A DNA stretch of 64,000 nt, taken from NCBI GenBank assembly GCA_051955985.1, contig JBQCGD010000071.1:27036-91035 (forward strand), read 5' to 3'. Below the pieces are notes generated by a model. It was not told the DNA's origin and ran no database searches. It worked only from the letters and a program-made list of their open reading frames with translations. This document shows positions 27,965 through 37,611 of the stretch, in pieces (the stretch's first letter is position 1; each line of letters begins with the position of its first letter). The translations under genes and the position numbers were made by a program. Origin of the DNA: Phycisphaerae bacterium. GTDB lineage: Bacteria > Planctomycetota > Phycisphaerae > WQYP01.

Positions 27965-29092
27965 ATGGCGAAGCGGATCGCCAAACCGGTGAGCAAGCGC
28001 GCGGCGAGGCCGGCGGGCGTGGCGCGTGGCGGGGTGGTGGAGCGCGCCGGGAAGGGGGAGCATTGGGGTGGGGGGGAGGCGAAGAAGCTGGAGGCGTTGC
28101 CGACGGATGCGCCGGGGCGTGCGTCGGTGGCGGGGCCGAAGTCGGGGGTGGGGGTGGTGGGGTCGTTGAACATGGATTTGGTGGTGCGCACGGAGACGAT
28201 GCCGCGGCCGGGGGAGACGGTGCTGGGGCAGGATTTGTTGCAGACTCGGGGGGGGACGGGGGCGAACCAGGCGGCGGCGGCGGGGCGGCTGTGGAACCGG
28301 AAGACGTCGGGGGCGAAGCTGATCGGGCGGATCGGGGAGGATGTTTTCGGGGAGAACATGCTGGTGGCGTTGAACAAGTGCAAGGTGGATGTGACGTCGG
28401 TGTTGAAGACGCGCGGGTCGCCTTCGGGGACGGCGATGATCCTGGTGGATCGGCATGGGGAGAATGCGATCGTGGTGGCGAGCGGGGCGAATCGGCAGTT
28501 GTCGGCGACGGATTTATTGGCGGAGCGGAAGACGATCGAGACGTCGGTGGTGCTGACGGCGCAGCTGGAGGTGCCGCACGATACGGTGGCGTGTGCATTT
28601 GCGTTGGCGCGGCGGTCGAATGTGTTGACGATTCTGGATCCAGCGCCGGCGCCTGCGGAGGGGTTGCCGGAGTCGTTGTATCATGTAGATATCTTGACAC
28701 CTAACCAGATGGAGGCGCAGATCCTGACGGGGATGCCGGTGCGGAATTTGGAGGAGGCGCGGCGTGCGGCGGAGCGGTTCTTGATTCGGGGGACGCGGAT
28801 CGTTGTGATGAAGATGGGGTCGCAGGGGGCGGCGATTGTGCAGAAGGATGAGCGCGGGGTGGAGACGGTGGTGCAGCATGTGACGGGGTATCGGATTCAG
28901 CCGGTGGACACGACGGCGGCGGGGGATGCGTTCACGGGGGCGCTGGCGGTGGGGCTGGCGGAGGGGATGCCGCTGGCGGCGGCGGTGAAGTTTGCGAATG
29001 CGGCGGGGGCGCTGGCGTGTTTGAAGCAGGGGGCGATGGGGGCGATACCGGGGCGCGCGGAGGTGGAGGGGTTTATGGCGGAGAGGGCGTGA
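27965..29092 (+). CDS. rbsK: ribokinase (PfkB family) with about 60-aa basic N-terminal extension
   Basis: VVGSLNMDLVV, GGTGANQAAAAGRL, C-terminal DTTAAGDAFTGALAVG; GAGGGA RBS before ATG 27965. Confidence 0.7.
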   Translation: MAKRIAKPVSKRAARPAGVARGGVVERAGKGEHWGGGEAKKLEALPTDAPGRASVAGPKSGVGVVGSLNMDLVVRTETMPRPGETVLGQDLLQTRGGTGANQAAAAGRLWNRKTSGAKLIGRIGEDVFGENMLVALNKCKVDVTSVLKTRGSPSGTAMILVDRHGENAIVVASGANRQLSATDLLAERKTIETSVVLTAQLEVPHDTVACAFALARRSNVLTILDPAPAPAEGLPESLYHVDILTPNQMEAQILTGMPVRNLEEARRAAERFLIRGTRIVVMKMGSQGAAIVQKDERGVETVVQHVTGYRIQPVDTTAAGDAFTGALAVGLAEGMPLAAAVKFANAAGALACLKQGAMGAIPGRAEVEGFMAERA

Positions 29093-29094
29093 AT

Positions 29095-29152
29095 CCCCCC
29101 CCGACGACGACGTAAACACGAAGGGATGAAGAGATGAAGGGACACGAAGGGG
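29095..29152. repeat. family-B repeat (CCCCCGACGACGACGTAAACACGAAGGGATGAAGAGATGAAGGGACACGAAGGG)
   Basis: Directly after rbsK stop; related to copy at 45927 and shares GAAGGGA/CACGAAG modules with family A. Confidence 0.45.
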
Positions 29153-29200
29153 GTGGGAGGGGGCTTGCTGTTGTTGGCGGGGGGTTCGACTGTTGTGCGA

Positions 29201-29238
29201 GAGGTGCCCGCGTCGCCTGCGGGCGACGGGCGTTGGGG
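29201..29238. repeat. family-C GC-rich palindromic repeat GAGGTGCCCGCGTCGCCTGCGGGCGACGGGCGTTGGGG (copy 1)
   Basis: Contains hairpin GTCGCC-TGCG-GGCGAC; three copies within 1.5 kb. Confidence 0.5.
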
Positions 29239-29266
29239 ATTGGGGTGCTTATCGTTCCTTATTTTG

Positions 29267-29515
29267 CTAGCTCCCGGGTGTATTCCTCAGGCCGACAGCG
29301 CCAATGATGAGCAGGAGAATATTCAGGAGGGCATTCGAACAAGCGACGGCGATGAGGAGGAAGGTGATACGCCTCGCGATGTTGCGCCAGGTGCGTTTGG
29401 TCGGGGCGATTGCCGCTATGCATACAAAGGCTAATTCTCCGATGACGGCCATGTTGCTGACATGGGGCGTTCCCCAGAACATCCAGTAGGGCTTGCATAG
29501 ATCGAGCCACCACAT
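29267..29515 (-). CDS. small membrane protein (low-GC islet)
   Basis: 82 aa, two TM helices, locally AT-richer DNA; weak RBS. Confidence 0.3.
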   Translation of the reverse strand: MWWLDLCKPYWMFWGTPHVSNMAVIGELAFVCIAAIAPTKRTWRNIARRITFLLIAVACSNALLNILLLIIGAVGLRNTPGS

Positions 29516-29775
29516 CAGGTTTGGTCCCTTGTAGAAGAGCTTGAGAGCGAAGCGCTCTGAAGGTTGGGGTGATTCTTTCCGTCCATGGGAAGTGTTGGGG
29601 CTGACCCTACGTCGGGAGCAGTTGCAAGTTCGAGGATAAAACTGTGGCGGGGTGCGTTGACGTTTTGCGGAAAATTCGGGGGGCGACTTGCAGGTGGGAG
29701 AGTCCATGATCCCCACCCCATGGAAGGGGTGGGCTTGTTCTCTAACAAGGTTTAGGCACCCTCGGTGGTCTAAGC

Positions 29776-29810
29776 GTGCCCGCGTCGCCTGCGGGCGACG
29801 GGCGTTGGGG
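29776..29810. repeat. family-C repeat copy 2
   Basis: GTGCCCGCGTCGCCTGCGGGCGACGGGCGTTGGGG. Confidence 0.5.
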
Positions 29811-29870
29811 TTTGTGCGTGGCGGAGGGGGTGGGAATCGGAATAATGGAGGGGAATGAGAAGGAGGTGTT

Positions 29871-30101
29871 ATGCTGGCGGAAGTGTTTGGGTTGGTGGGG
29901 GTGGTGATGGTGGTGTTGACGGGGATCGTCCACATCCTTTTAGCGATGGGTGTGTGGATGGATGCGCATGCGCTGGGGAAAGAAGGGCGGCGGGTGTATC
30001 TGCTTCCGGCGCCGTTGTGGGGGTTGACGACGCTGGTGATGGGGTTGGTGGGGGCGGCGGTGTATTGGGGGATGAATCGGTCGACGTTTCGGCGGGATTG
30101 A
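29871..30101 (+). CDS. small two-TM membrane protein
   Basis: AAGGAGG RBS 7 nt upstream of ATG; 76 aa, two hydrophobic helices. Confidence 0.4.
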   Translation: MLAEVFGLVGVVMVVLTGIVHILLAMGVWMDAHALGKEGRRVYLLPAPLWGLTTLVMGLVGAAVYWGMNRSTFRRD

Positions 30102-30210
30102 ATGCGGGAGATGTTTGTTTTTGAGGATGGGTCGCGCGTGGAATGTCCGTGGCCCTGCGCCGCCCGAGGCGGCGGGCATTGTCGGGGAGCGTGTTTTTTT
30201 GGAGCGAGAA

Positions 30211-30594
30211 ATGGTGGAAGTGTTGCGGGCGGCGTATGCGGCGTTGAATCGGGGGGATGTTGGGGCGGTGGTGGAGGTGTTGGATGCGGGGGTGGAGTGG
30301 ATTGAGCCGGCGGAGGTTGGGGGTGGGCGGCGGTTGCGGGGGGTGGAGGCGGTGACGGCGCATCTGGTGGCGGCGCGGGGGGCGTGGGCGGAGGGGGGGT
30401 GTGAGCCGGAGCGGTTTGTGGTGGCGGGGGAGCGGGTGGTGGTGGTTGTGCGGGTGCGGGTGCGGATGAAGGGGGAGACTCTGTGGCGGGAGGGGCGGGT
30501 GGTGGATGTGTATACTAGTGGCGGGGGGAAGGTGGTGGAGAAGCGGACGTTTATGGAGGAGGGGGAAGCGGTTGCGTGGGCGGGTGGGGCGTGA
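30211..30594 (+). CDS. NTF2-like (SnoaL/ketosteroid-isomerase-like) protein
   Basis: MVEVLRAAYAALNRGDVGAVVEVLDAGVEWIEP... and C-terminal beta-rich VVVVVRVRVRMKGETLWREGRVVDVYT typical of this fold. Confidence 0.45.
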   Translation: MVEVLRAAYAALNRGDVGAVVEVLDAGVEWIEPAEVGGGRRLRGVEAVTAHLVAARGAWAEGGCEPERFVVAGERVVVVVRVRVRMKGETLWREGRVVDVYTSGGGKVVEKRTFMEEGEAVAWAGGA

Positions 30595-30616
30595 GGGGCG
30601 GGTCGGGCTGTTTATG

Positions 30617-30660
30617 AGAGGTGCCCGCGTCGCCTGCGGGCGACGGGCGTCGGGCGTCGG
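30617..30660. repeat. family-C repeat copy 3
   Basis: GAGAGGTGCCCGCGTCGCCTGCGGGCGACGGGCGTCGGGCGTCGG. Confidence 0.5.
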
Positions 30661-30676
30661 GGGGAGAGGGGGTGGG

Positions 30677-31351
30677 TCAGGAGACGACGGATTGTTTTGG
30701 TTTTTGTAGGAGGGGGTCGGCGAGTTGGGCGGCGCGGAAGGCGCGGAGGCGGCGGGCGCAGGCGGGGCAGCTCATGCAGGGGAATTCGAGGTTCATCTGG
30801 CAGGACCAGCTTGCGGCGAAGGGGGCGGCCATCTGGTAGCCGAGCTCGATGACCTGCTGGTCTTCGAGGCCCATGAGGGGAGTCTTGAGGGTGAGGGGGG
30901 TTTCGGTGGAATAGAGGTCGAGGAGCTGGTTGAAGATCTGGACGAGTTCGATGTTGCGGGCGAGGGCGTCGGCTTGTTTTTGGTCGAGCTGGGCGCCCCA
31001 GATGAGGACGGAGGCGTGGATCTGGCGGGCGAAGCCGGCGCCGATGGTGAGGAGCTGGAGGTCGCGGAGGGGGATGAGGTTGGAGTAGGGGTCTGAGCCG
31101 GTGGAATGGACGACGCCGGCGGTTTCGGGGGGCCAGCTCATTTGACGGAGGTGTTGAGCGTCGATGGCCCAGGAGCGGAAGGGTTTGAAGTGGGCGACTT
31201 GTTTGTCGAAGGCGTTGGCGGCCTGGGCTTCGGGGGCGCGGGCGTCGCGGAGGTGGAGGAGGGCGATGCGGTATTCGCGGGAGGCGAGCGCGGCGGCGAC
31301 GAGGCTGTGGAGTCCGCCGGAGGAGAGGATGAGGGCGATGGCTTTGGGCAT
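30677..31351 (-). CDS. queC: 7-cyano-7-deazaguanine synthase
   Basis: PP-loop LSSGGLHS (SGGxDS), C-terminal zinc cysteines CQMNLEFPCMSCPAC. Confidence 0.75.
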   Translation of the reverse strand: MPKAIALILSSGGLHSLVAAALASREYRIALLHLRDARAPEAQAANAFDKQVAHFKPFRSWAIDAQHLRQMSWPPETAGVVHSTGSDPYSNLIPLRDLQLLTIGAGFARQIHASVLIWGAQLDQKQADALARNIELVQIFNQLLDLYSTETPLTLKTPLMGLEDQQVIELGYQMAAPFAASWSCQMNLEFPCMSCPACARRLRAFRAAQLADPLLQKPKQSVVS

Positions 31352-31533
31352 GGTGGTCCGCCTGATTTTTTGCGCGAAGTTGCAGGTCCAATAATGGGTA
31401 TCGGCGGGAGATGGGGGGGACTTGATGAACTTTATCGGGGGGTGGAGGAGGATATGTTCGCCTCGCTCCGCATCGCCCCCCCGCTGCGACGGCCGCCTGA
31501 AGGCGGAACTTCATACGGACGGAAGTCCGTACT

Positions 31534-32529
31534 TCAGCGGTCGAATGTCACGATGGTTTTGAGGCCGGCGGGGGGGTTGGCGAAGAAGGGTTCGAGCTGG
31601 TCGAGGGGGAGTCGTTTTGGGTTGGGGGGGGATTCGTCGATTTGGCGGGCGGCGGGTTGGTTGATGGCTTCGGGGAAGGGGCCGCAGCGGGAGCCGAGGA
31701 CGTTGATTTCATCGATGACGATGGGTGCGAGGTTAAGGGGCTTGTTGGCGGCGACGGTGGTTTTCATGACGAGGGTGCCGCGGGGGCGGAGGAGCTGGAG
31801 AGCGCGTTCGAAGCCTTCAGCGCGGCCGGTGCAGTCGATGACGACGTCCTGGTCGCGGGCGGTTGTGAGTTCGCGGTCGAGGAGGGTGCGGATGTTGTTG
31901 TTGGCGGCGCCGGTGCGGATGCGTTCGATGAGGGAGAGCTTGGATTCGTGTTTGCCGACGAGGGTGAGTTTGCAGCCGGTGCGGGCGAGGGTTTGGGCGA
32001 CGAGGAGGCCGAGGCGGCCGTCGCCGAGGACGGTGACCCGGGTGCGTTTTTCGATGGGGACCTGTCGGAGGATCTGGAAGGCGGCGGCGAGGGGTTCGAC
32101 GAAGACGGCTTCGTCGTTGGAGAGGTGGTCGGGGAGTGCGTGGAGGTTGCGGGTGGGGATGCGGAGGAAGTCGGCGAAGGCGCCATCGCGCCCCTGGATG
32201 CCGATGACGGAGCGGTGGAAGCAGTGGGAGGAGAGTCCGCGGTTGCACATGTCGCACTTGCCGCAGACGCAGTTGATTTCGCCGACGACGCGTTTACCGA
32301 GCCAGTGCTGGTCGTTGGGGGGTGCGCCTTTGGGGAGTGCGGTGACGGTGGCGACGAATTCGTGGCCGAGGACGCCGGTGAAGTTCATGTAGCCTTTGGC
32401 GATTTCGAGGTCGGTCTGGCAGACGCCGGCGGCGAGGATTTTGAGGAGGGCTTCACCGGGCGCGGGGATGGGGTCGGGGTGATTGCGTTGGAATTTGACG
32501 GAGGAACCGTCGAAGAGGATTGCGCGCAT
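31534..32529 (-). CDS. zinc-dependent alcohol dehydrogenase (MDR family)
   Basis: GHEFVATV, structural-zinc CVCGKCDMCNRGLSSHC, Rossmann TVLGDGRLGL. Confidence 0.75.
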   Translation of the reverse strand: MRAILFDGSSVKFQRNHPDPIPAPGEALLKILAAGVCQTDLEIAKGYMNFTGVLGHEFVATVTALPKGAPPNDQHWLGKRVVGEINCVCGKCDMCNRGLSSHCFHRSVIGIQGRDGAFADFLRIPTRNLHALPDHLSNDEAVFVEPLAAAFQILRQVPIEKRTRVTVLGDGRLGLLVAQTLARTGCKLTLVGKHESKLSLIERIRTGAANNNIRTLLDRELTTARDQDVVIDCTGRAEGFERALQLLRPRGTLVMKTTVAANKPLNLAPIVIDEINVLGSRCGPFPEAINQPAARQIDESPPNPKRLPLDQLEPFFANPPAGLKTIVTFDR

Positions 32530-32540
32530 GGTCGGGGCCT

Positions 32541-32612
32541 TTGAAGGGATTCGCAGCGGATAAATTAGCCACGAAAGACACTAAAGACACGAAATTTTTA
32601 CTGGTGGTGTGG
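32541..32612. repeat. family-A repeat (TTGAAGGGA...TAAATTAGCCACGAAAGACACTAAAGACACGAAATTTTT)
   Basis: Between ADH gene start and HEAT-lipoprotein stop. Confidence 0.5.
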
Positions 32613-32620
32613 GCGCTGGT

Positions 32621-33349
32621 TCAAGGCTGTGCGGCGGGTTTTGTGGCGGGCTGGTTGGCGGATTGGAACCATTGGAGCCATTCTTTGCCGTCGGGGCCGA
32701 TGTTCTGGTGGGTGATTTTGACGAGGGAGTCGTGTGCGAAGTAGACGACGCCGGCGTCGCGGTCGTCGAGGGCGTCGATGAGTGCGCGGATGGATTCGTT
32801 GGAGGGGTCGCTGTGGAGGGCTCGGGCGGCGTTGATGCGGACCTGGGTATCGGGGTCGGAGCGGACGGCGTTGGCGAGGGCGGAGGTGGCGGCGGTGGTG
32901 AAGGTGTAGGAGAGGGCCTTGGCGGCATCGCGGCGGACTTCGGGTTCACGGTCGGCGAGGCCGCCCTTGCCGTTGGATCCGCCGACGAGGAACTTGATGG
33001 CTTCGGGGCGGTGGGAGGAGCCGAGGGCTTCCATGGCCTGGGCGCGGACCATGGGGGAGGGGTCGGTGGTGAGGATTTCGTAGGCTTTCATGTAGGGGGC
33101 TTCGTGGCCGTAGGGCTTGGTTTCGAGCCAGGCGATGGCGTCGCGGCGTTCATCGGGGTTGGTGACGTTGAAGAGGTTGGCGGCGGCGTCTTCGGGGGAG
33201 CGGTTTTTGATGGCGCCCATCATGCGGGGGATGAGTTCGTTGAAATCGTGGGAGCGTTTGGCGGAGCCGCTGCAGGCGGTGAGGAAGAGCGCTGCGAGGA
33301 GGAGAGCGACGCGTGACGAGCGGTGGAGGGGGGATTGTGGGAGCATCAT
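32621..33349 (-). CDS. HEAT/PBS-lyase repeat lipoprotein
   Basis: Lipobox LTACSG; repeated D/E-P-x-V-R-x-x-A-A-x-A-L blocks. Confidence 0.6.
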   Translation of the reverse strand: MMLPQSPLHRSSRVALLLAALFLTACSGSAKRSHDFNELIPRMMGAIKNRSPEDAAANLFNVTNPDERRDAIAWLETKPYGHEAPYMKAYEILTTDPSPMVRAQAMEALGSSHRPEAIKFLVGGSNGKGGLADREPEVRRDAAKALSYTFTTAATSALANAVRSDPDTQVRINAARALHSDPSNESIRALIDALDDRDAGVVYFAHDSLVKITHQNIGPDGKEWLQWFQSANQPATKPAAQP

Positions 33350-33359
33350 GGTTCCTGTT

Positions 33360-34199
33360 TCAGGACTGTTCGGCGAGTTCGAGCATTTCGGGGGTCACCC
33401 AGACGGGCTGGCCGACGGATTCGCCGAGGAAACGGGAGGCGAGTCGTTCGAAGCGCTGGCCCTGGTCGGTGACGTAGCAGGTGAAGCGGCCTTCATGGGG
33501 GCTGTTGGAACGCGCGTGCATTGTATCGAGGTTGTCGCGGACCACCAATGCGGTTTGCTGTGCGGAGTCGATGAGGGTGACGGGTTCGCCGAGGGTTTCC
33601 TGGATGGCGTTGGCGAAGAGGGGGTAGTGGGTGCAGCCGAGGATGAGGGAGGAGACGTCGAGTTCGAGGAAGGGGGCGAGGTATTCGCGGAGGACGAGAC
33701 CGACGAGGAGGTCGGTGGGTTCGCGGCCTTCTTCGATCATGGGGACGAGGAGTGGGCAGGCGCGGCCGATGACCTGGAGGGTGGGGTTGATGCGGTGGAT
33801 GGCGTTGGAGTAGGCGTTGCTGGAGATGGTGGCTTCGGTGGCGATGAGGCCGACGCGTTTAAAGCCATTGCGTGCGGCTTCGACGGCGGCGCGGGCGCCG
33901 GGTTCGAGGACGCCGAGGACGGGGATGTCGAAATCATCCTGGAGTTTTTCGAGGGCGAGTGCCGAGGCGGTGTTGCAGGCGACGACGAGCATTTTGGGGT
34001 GGAGGCCCATGAGGAACTGGAGGCACTGACGGGTGAAGCGGTGGATGGTGGCGGCGGATTTTGTGCCGTAGGGGAGGCGTGCGGTGTCGCCGAAGTAGGC
34101 GATGGATTCGTTGGGGAGGAGTGTACGGATGGCCTTGGCGACGGTGAGGCCGCCGAGACCGGAATCGAAAACGCCGATGGGCGCTCCTGCCGCCGCCAT
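33360..34199 (-). CDS. murI: glutamate racemase
   Basis: IGVFDSGLGGLTV, VVACNTAS, LGCTHYP catalytic Cys motifs. Confidence 0.85.
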   Translation of the reverse strand: MAAAGAPIGVFDSGLGGLTVAKAIRTLLPNESIAYFGDTARLPYGTKSAATIHRFTRQCLQFLMGLHPKMLVVACNTASALALEKLQDDFDIPVLGVLEPGARAAVEAARNGFKRVGLIATEATISSNAYSNAIHRINPTLQVIGRACPLLVPMIEEGREPTDLLVGLVLREYLAPFLELDVSSLILGCTHYPLFANAIQETLGEPVTLIDSAQQTALVVRDNLDTMHARSNSPHEGRFTCYVTDQGQRFERLASRFLGESVGQPVWVTPEMLELAEQS

Positions 34200-34216
34200 A
34201 TGTGGCCTCCTTGCCG

Positions 34217-35026
34217 TTATGCCTGATCGGCAGTGTGTTCAGCGCCCGCGGCGAGCGGGGCGTCGGATTCGGGTGGCAACTCCGTTGCACTCACGTTGGG
34301 ATCAATGATTGCGGCTTCCGAGGGGAGGGGGCCTTCGCGCGCGAGGACGCCGAGTTCTTCGAGGGCGATCTGGGCGGCGCGTTGTTCGGCCTGTTTTTTG
34401 GCGGCGCCCCAGGCGCTGCCGAAGGCGCGGGAGCCGATGACGACGCGGACTTCGAAGCACTTGGAGTGGTCGGGGCCTTTTTCGTCGAGGAGTTCGTACA
34501 TGGGGGTGGCGTTGAGGGATTTCTGGGCGTGCTGCTGGAGGAGGGATTTGAAGTTTTGCTGGTGGGTAGTGGCGGCGTATTGTTCGATGTAGGGATCCAT
34601 GTAGCGGAGGATGAAGAGGCGGGCATGTTCGAAGCCGCCGTCGATGTAGATGGCGGCGATGATGCTTTCGAGGACGCCGGCGGCGAGGGAGGAGGGGCGT
34701 TCGGCGCGGCCGGTCATGCCTTTGCCGACGAAGATGAGGTCGGTGAGGCCGATGGCGTTGGCGACGGCGGCGCAGGTATTGCGGCTGACGACGGCGGATT
34801 TGAGCTTGGTGAGGTCGCCTTCGAGGTAACCGGGGAAGAGTTCGTAGAGGCGGTGGCAGACGACGAGTCCGAGGACGGAGTCGCCGAGGAATTCGAGGCG
34901 TTCGTTGGAGAGGCGGCGGTCGTCTGCGATGGAGGCGTGGGTGAGGGCTTCTTTGAGGAGGGCGTGATTGACGAAGCGGTAGCCGAGGACTGATTCACAT
35001 TGGGTGACGAGTTGTTCGAAATCCAT
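34217..35026 (-). CDS. rnc: ribonuclease III
   Basis: RNase III signature NERLEFLGDSVLGLVV, C-terminal dsRBD. Confidence 0.85.
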   Translation of the reverse strand: MDFEQLVTQCESVLGYRFVNHALLKEALTHASIADDRRLSNERLEFLGDSVLGLVVCHRLYELFPGYLEGDLTKLKSAVVSRNTCAAVANAIGLTDLIFVGKGMTGRAERPSSLAAGVLESIIAAIYIDGGFEHARLFILRYMDPYIEQYAATTHQQNFKSLLQQHAQKSLNATPMYELLDEKGPDHSKCFEVRVVIGSRAFGSAWGAAKKQAEQRAAQIALEELGVLAREGPLPSEAAIIDPNVSATELPPESDAPLAAGAEHTADQA

Positions 35027-35381
35027 CCAGACACCTTTAGAGGCCCAGTGAAGCTGCAGGGGGGCAGCGCGGGGGGAAATCGTGGGCAGGGTCTGGGGGT
35101 GGCGCGAAGCGCTGGAGCCGCCGTCCTTGCGTGGGCAGCACCAGCGGATGGCGATATCACCAGTCGCCTGCGAAGGTTACTGTATCGCGACGAAAAGGCG
35201 GACGCAATCAGAAAAGGGAACACTGGGAAGGCGAAGGAGGGGCGGACGGCCAAGAAATCAGTGGGAACGGTGTTGCGAAGACAGCCCCCTTTTCTGCTAT
35301 AGTTGGTGGTCCTTCAAGGACTTTGGCGGGTTCGTTCACCGCTAGATTGCCAATGGAACGATGTTCGCAGGAGAAACCGTG

Positions 35382-36239
35382 ATGGTTACCCGCCGAGGTT
35401 TCGCGCGCCGTGGGTTTACGCTCATCGAGCTGTTGGTCGTGGTGGCAATCATCGCGGTGTTGATTGCGATCCTGTTACCGTCGTTGGGGAAGGCGCGCGA
35501 GCAAGCGCGGATGACCCATTGTGCCAGCGGGATGAGACAGTGGGGAATTGCGCTCCAATACTATCTCAATGATTACGCGCAGGCGATGCCGCTGGAGGGC
35601 TCCACGAGTGCGCCCAGCGCCTCCAATCCAAATTTCATGGATGGGGGGAATTGGTTTAATGCGTTGCCTGACTACGTAAATGCCCCGCGTTACTACCTTC
35701 TCTATGCGGGATACAGTGCGCGGGTGGGGACGACCGTGACAGATTCCAACGGGACGGTGTGGACGATCACGAACGGCGGGCAGAACGGGGGCGGGTACAA
35801 GAATGCGTGGATCTGGTACTGTCAATCGCAACTGCAGAAGACCAAGAATTCCACTTCGGGCTTAAATTCGTTTCATTATGCGATGAATGGTGTACTGGAC
35901 GGGGCGGGGAGCAGCGGCACATGGGGCGGCGATTTGGGACAAATGTATGTGAAAGTAACAAGCATGGATGATCCGGCCTCGACGGTGTTTCTGTTCGAGC
36001 CGACGGGGAACAATCCCAACGATGTTCCCTCGAGCTCAACAGCGGCGGGTCTCGCGAGCAACATCGACGTGAAGCGACACAACGGCGCTGCGAACATCAA
36101 CTTTGTGGATGGTCATCAAGAAACGATTCGGCAAACGATCATGACGCCGAGCCGGCCGAACTCTTCGGCGGTGTGGACTTCAACGGCGCCGCGGCTGGTC
36201 TGGGGGCCGTTCAGCGGGCCGAAGCGCCCGGGGACCTGA
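35382..36239 (+). CDS. prepilin-type N-terminal cleavage/methylation domain protein with C-terminal H-X9-DG (DUF1559) motif, paralog 1
   Basis: [25 protein letters not shown]; C-terminal [13 protein letters not shown]. Confidence 0.7.
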   Translation: MVTRRGFARRGFTLIELLVVVAIIAVLIAILLPSLGKAREQARMTHCASGMRQWGIALQYYLNDYAQAMPLEGSTSAPSASNPNFMDGGNWFNALPDYVNAPRYYLLYAGYSARVGTTVTDSNGTVWTITNGGQNGGGYKNAWIWYCQSQLQKTKNSTSGLNSFHYAMNGVLDGAGSSGTWGGDLGQMYVKVTSMDDPASTVFLFEPTGNNPNDVPSSSTAAGLASNIDVKRHNGAANINFVDGHQETIRQTIMTPSRPNSSAVWTSTAPRLVWGPFSGPKRPGT

Positions 36240-36360
36240 GCTGACAGGAGCAGTGCTGATCCAAGTGCACGAAAAGGAATGGGCGCCGAAGCTTGGCGTC
36301 TTTTGGGGGTTTGGATTAACATCAGCACTCCATCTTTATGCTTCGAATTAGAGGGTCCTC

Positions 36361-37497
36361 ATGAAAGTTCTGATCAATCGCGCCGCGCTGGTGGAAGCCC
36401 TCGGCCTTGCTTCTTCTGTGGTTCTTTCGCGGACGCCGAAGCCGGTGTTGACGTGTGTGAAGCTGGTGGCGGGGACGGGGGCGGGCGGGACGGGGGCGAA
36501 GACGCTGACGGTGGTGGCGACGGACATGGAGCTGGCGCTGCAATACACGCTGACGCAGGTGGATATTGCGACGCCGGGGGTTGCGTTGATTCCGGCGGGG
36601 AAGCTTTCGGAGATTGTGAACAATTCGCCGGACGATACGCTGACGCTGGACACGAACCAGGACACGACAGCGATCAAGGGGTCGGATGCGCAGTACAAGG
36701 TGTTCGGGTACAACCCGGAGGAATTTCCGCCGGTGTCGTCGTTTGACGGGTCGCCGGACTTTTCGCTGACGGCGGGGAGCCTGCGGCAGCTGCTGGACCG
36801 GACGCGGTTTGCGGCGGCGCGCGAGATGACGCGGTATGCGATCAACGGCGTGCTGTTTGAGAAGAAGGGGAAGAAGCTGTCGCTGGTGGCGACGGACGGG
36901 CACCGGCTGGCACAGACGAAGGATGACACGATTTCGGAAGGGGGGAAGGATGTGTCGGCGGTGGTGCCGATCAAGGCAATCAACCTGATTGAGCGGCTGC
37001 TGACGGATCCGGAGCAGACGGTGTCGCTGCAGTTCAAGGAAAACAAGCTGTTTGTGCAGATCAGCTCGGAGACGGGGGGCGTGAGTGCGACGATGTCGAC
37101 ATCGCTGGTGGAGGGGACGTTCCCGCCGTACGGGGATGTGATTCCGAAGGATTCGGACAAGAAGGTGACGTTGAACCGGGAGCGGTTTTTCTCGGCGGTG
37201 CGGCGTGCGGCGTTGCTCACGAACGAGGAATCGAAGGGGGTGCGGCTGGCGTTTTCGAGCGGGACGTTGTCGATTTCTTCGCGGGCGCCGGAGATGGGCG
37301 AAGCGAAGATTGATCTGCCGATCGAATATGCAGGGGATGCGATTGAGATCGGGTTCAATCCGACGTATCTGCTGGACGCGTTGAAGGTGGCGGATCAGGA
37401 GACGGTGACGTTTGAGATGAAGACGCCGAACAAGCCGGGGCTGCTCAAAAGCGGTCCGGGGTTCTTGTATGTGGTGATGCCGGTGAATCTCAGCTGA
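36361..37497 (+). CDS. dnaN: DNA polymerase III beta sliding clamp
   Basis: MKVLINRAALVEALGL...three-domain clamp pattern, about 378 aa. Confidence 0.85.
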   Translation: MKVLINRAALVEALGLASSVVLSRTPKPVLTCVKLVAGTGAGGTGAKTLTVVATDMELALQYTLTQVDIATPGVALIPAGKLSEIVNNSPDDTLTLDTNQDTTAIKGSDAQYKVFGYNPEEFPPVSSFDGSPDFSLTAGSLRQLLDRTRFAAAREMTRYAINGVLFEKKGKKLSLVATDGHRLAQTKDDTISEGGKDVSAVVPIKAINLIERLLTDPEQTVSLQFKENKLFVQISSETGGVSATMSTSLVEGTFPPYGDVIPKDSDKKVTLNRERFFSAVRRAALLTNEESKGVRLAFSSGTLSISSRAPEMGEAKIDLPIEYAGDAIEIGFNPTYLLDALKVADQETVTFEMKTPNKPGLLKSGPGFLYVVMPVNLS

Positions 37498-37517
37498 GTT
37501 AGTGTGTTTTCCGGCTC

Positions 37518-37580
37518 ATTGAAGGGACGTAAATGAGCCACGAAAGACACTAAAGACACGAAATTGTTTTACGTTTTTTT
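37518..37580. repeat. family-A repeat (TTGAAGGGACGTAAATGAGCCACGAAAGACACTAAAGACACGAAATTGTTTT)
   Basis: Between dnaN and dciA; 37/38 identical to copy at 32563..32600. Confidence 0.5.
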
Positions 37581-37611
37581 GGCCTTTTGACGTGCAGATG
37601 CGGCTGTCTGC

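Noticed and set aside
29181-29195. GGTTCGACT, reminiscent of a tRNA T-loop
   Set aside because: No complementary acceptor or T-stem and no anticodon-arm context. I recognised no tRNA or rRNA genes anywhere in the window.
29093-30676. Low-GC islet as an integrated mobile element or prophage remnant
   Set aside because: No integrase, transposase, tRNA attachment site or terminal inverted repeats were found. It is reported only as a repeat-punctuated islet.
31352-31533. Possible preQ1 riboswitch upstream of queC
   Set aside because: No recognisable preQ1-I or preQ1-II consensus. Only a short hairpin, TACGGAC-GGAA-GTCCGTA, which is more likely a terminator-like structure for the convergent ADH gene.
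35000-35302. 100-aa plus-strand ORF in the rnc/pseudopilin intergenic region
   Set aside because: No RBS, low-complexity composition, and it overlaps the rnc 5' end. It is more likely a promoter region.
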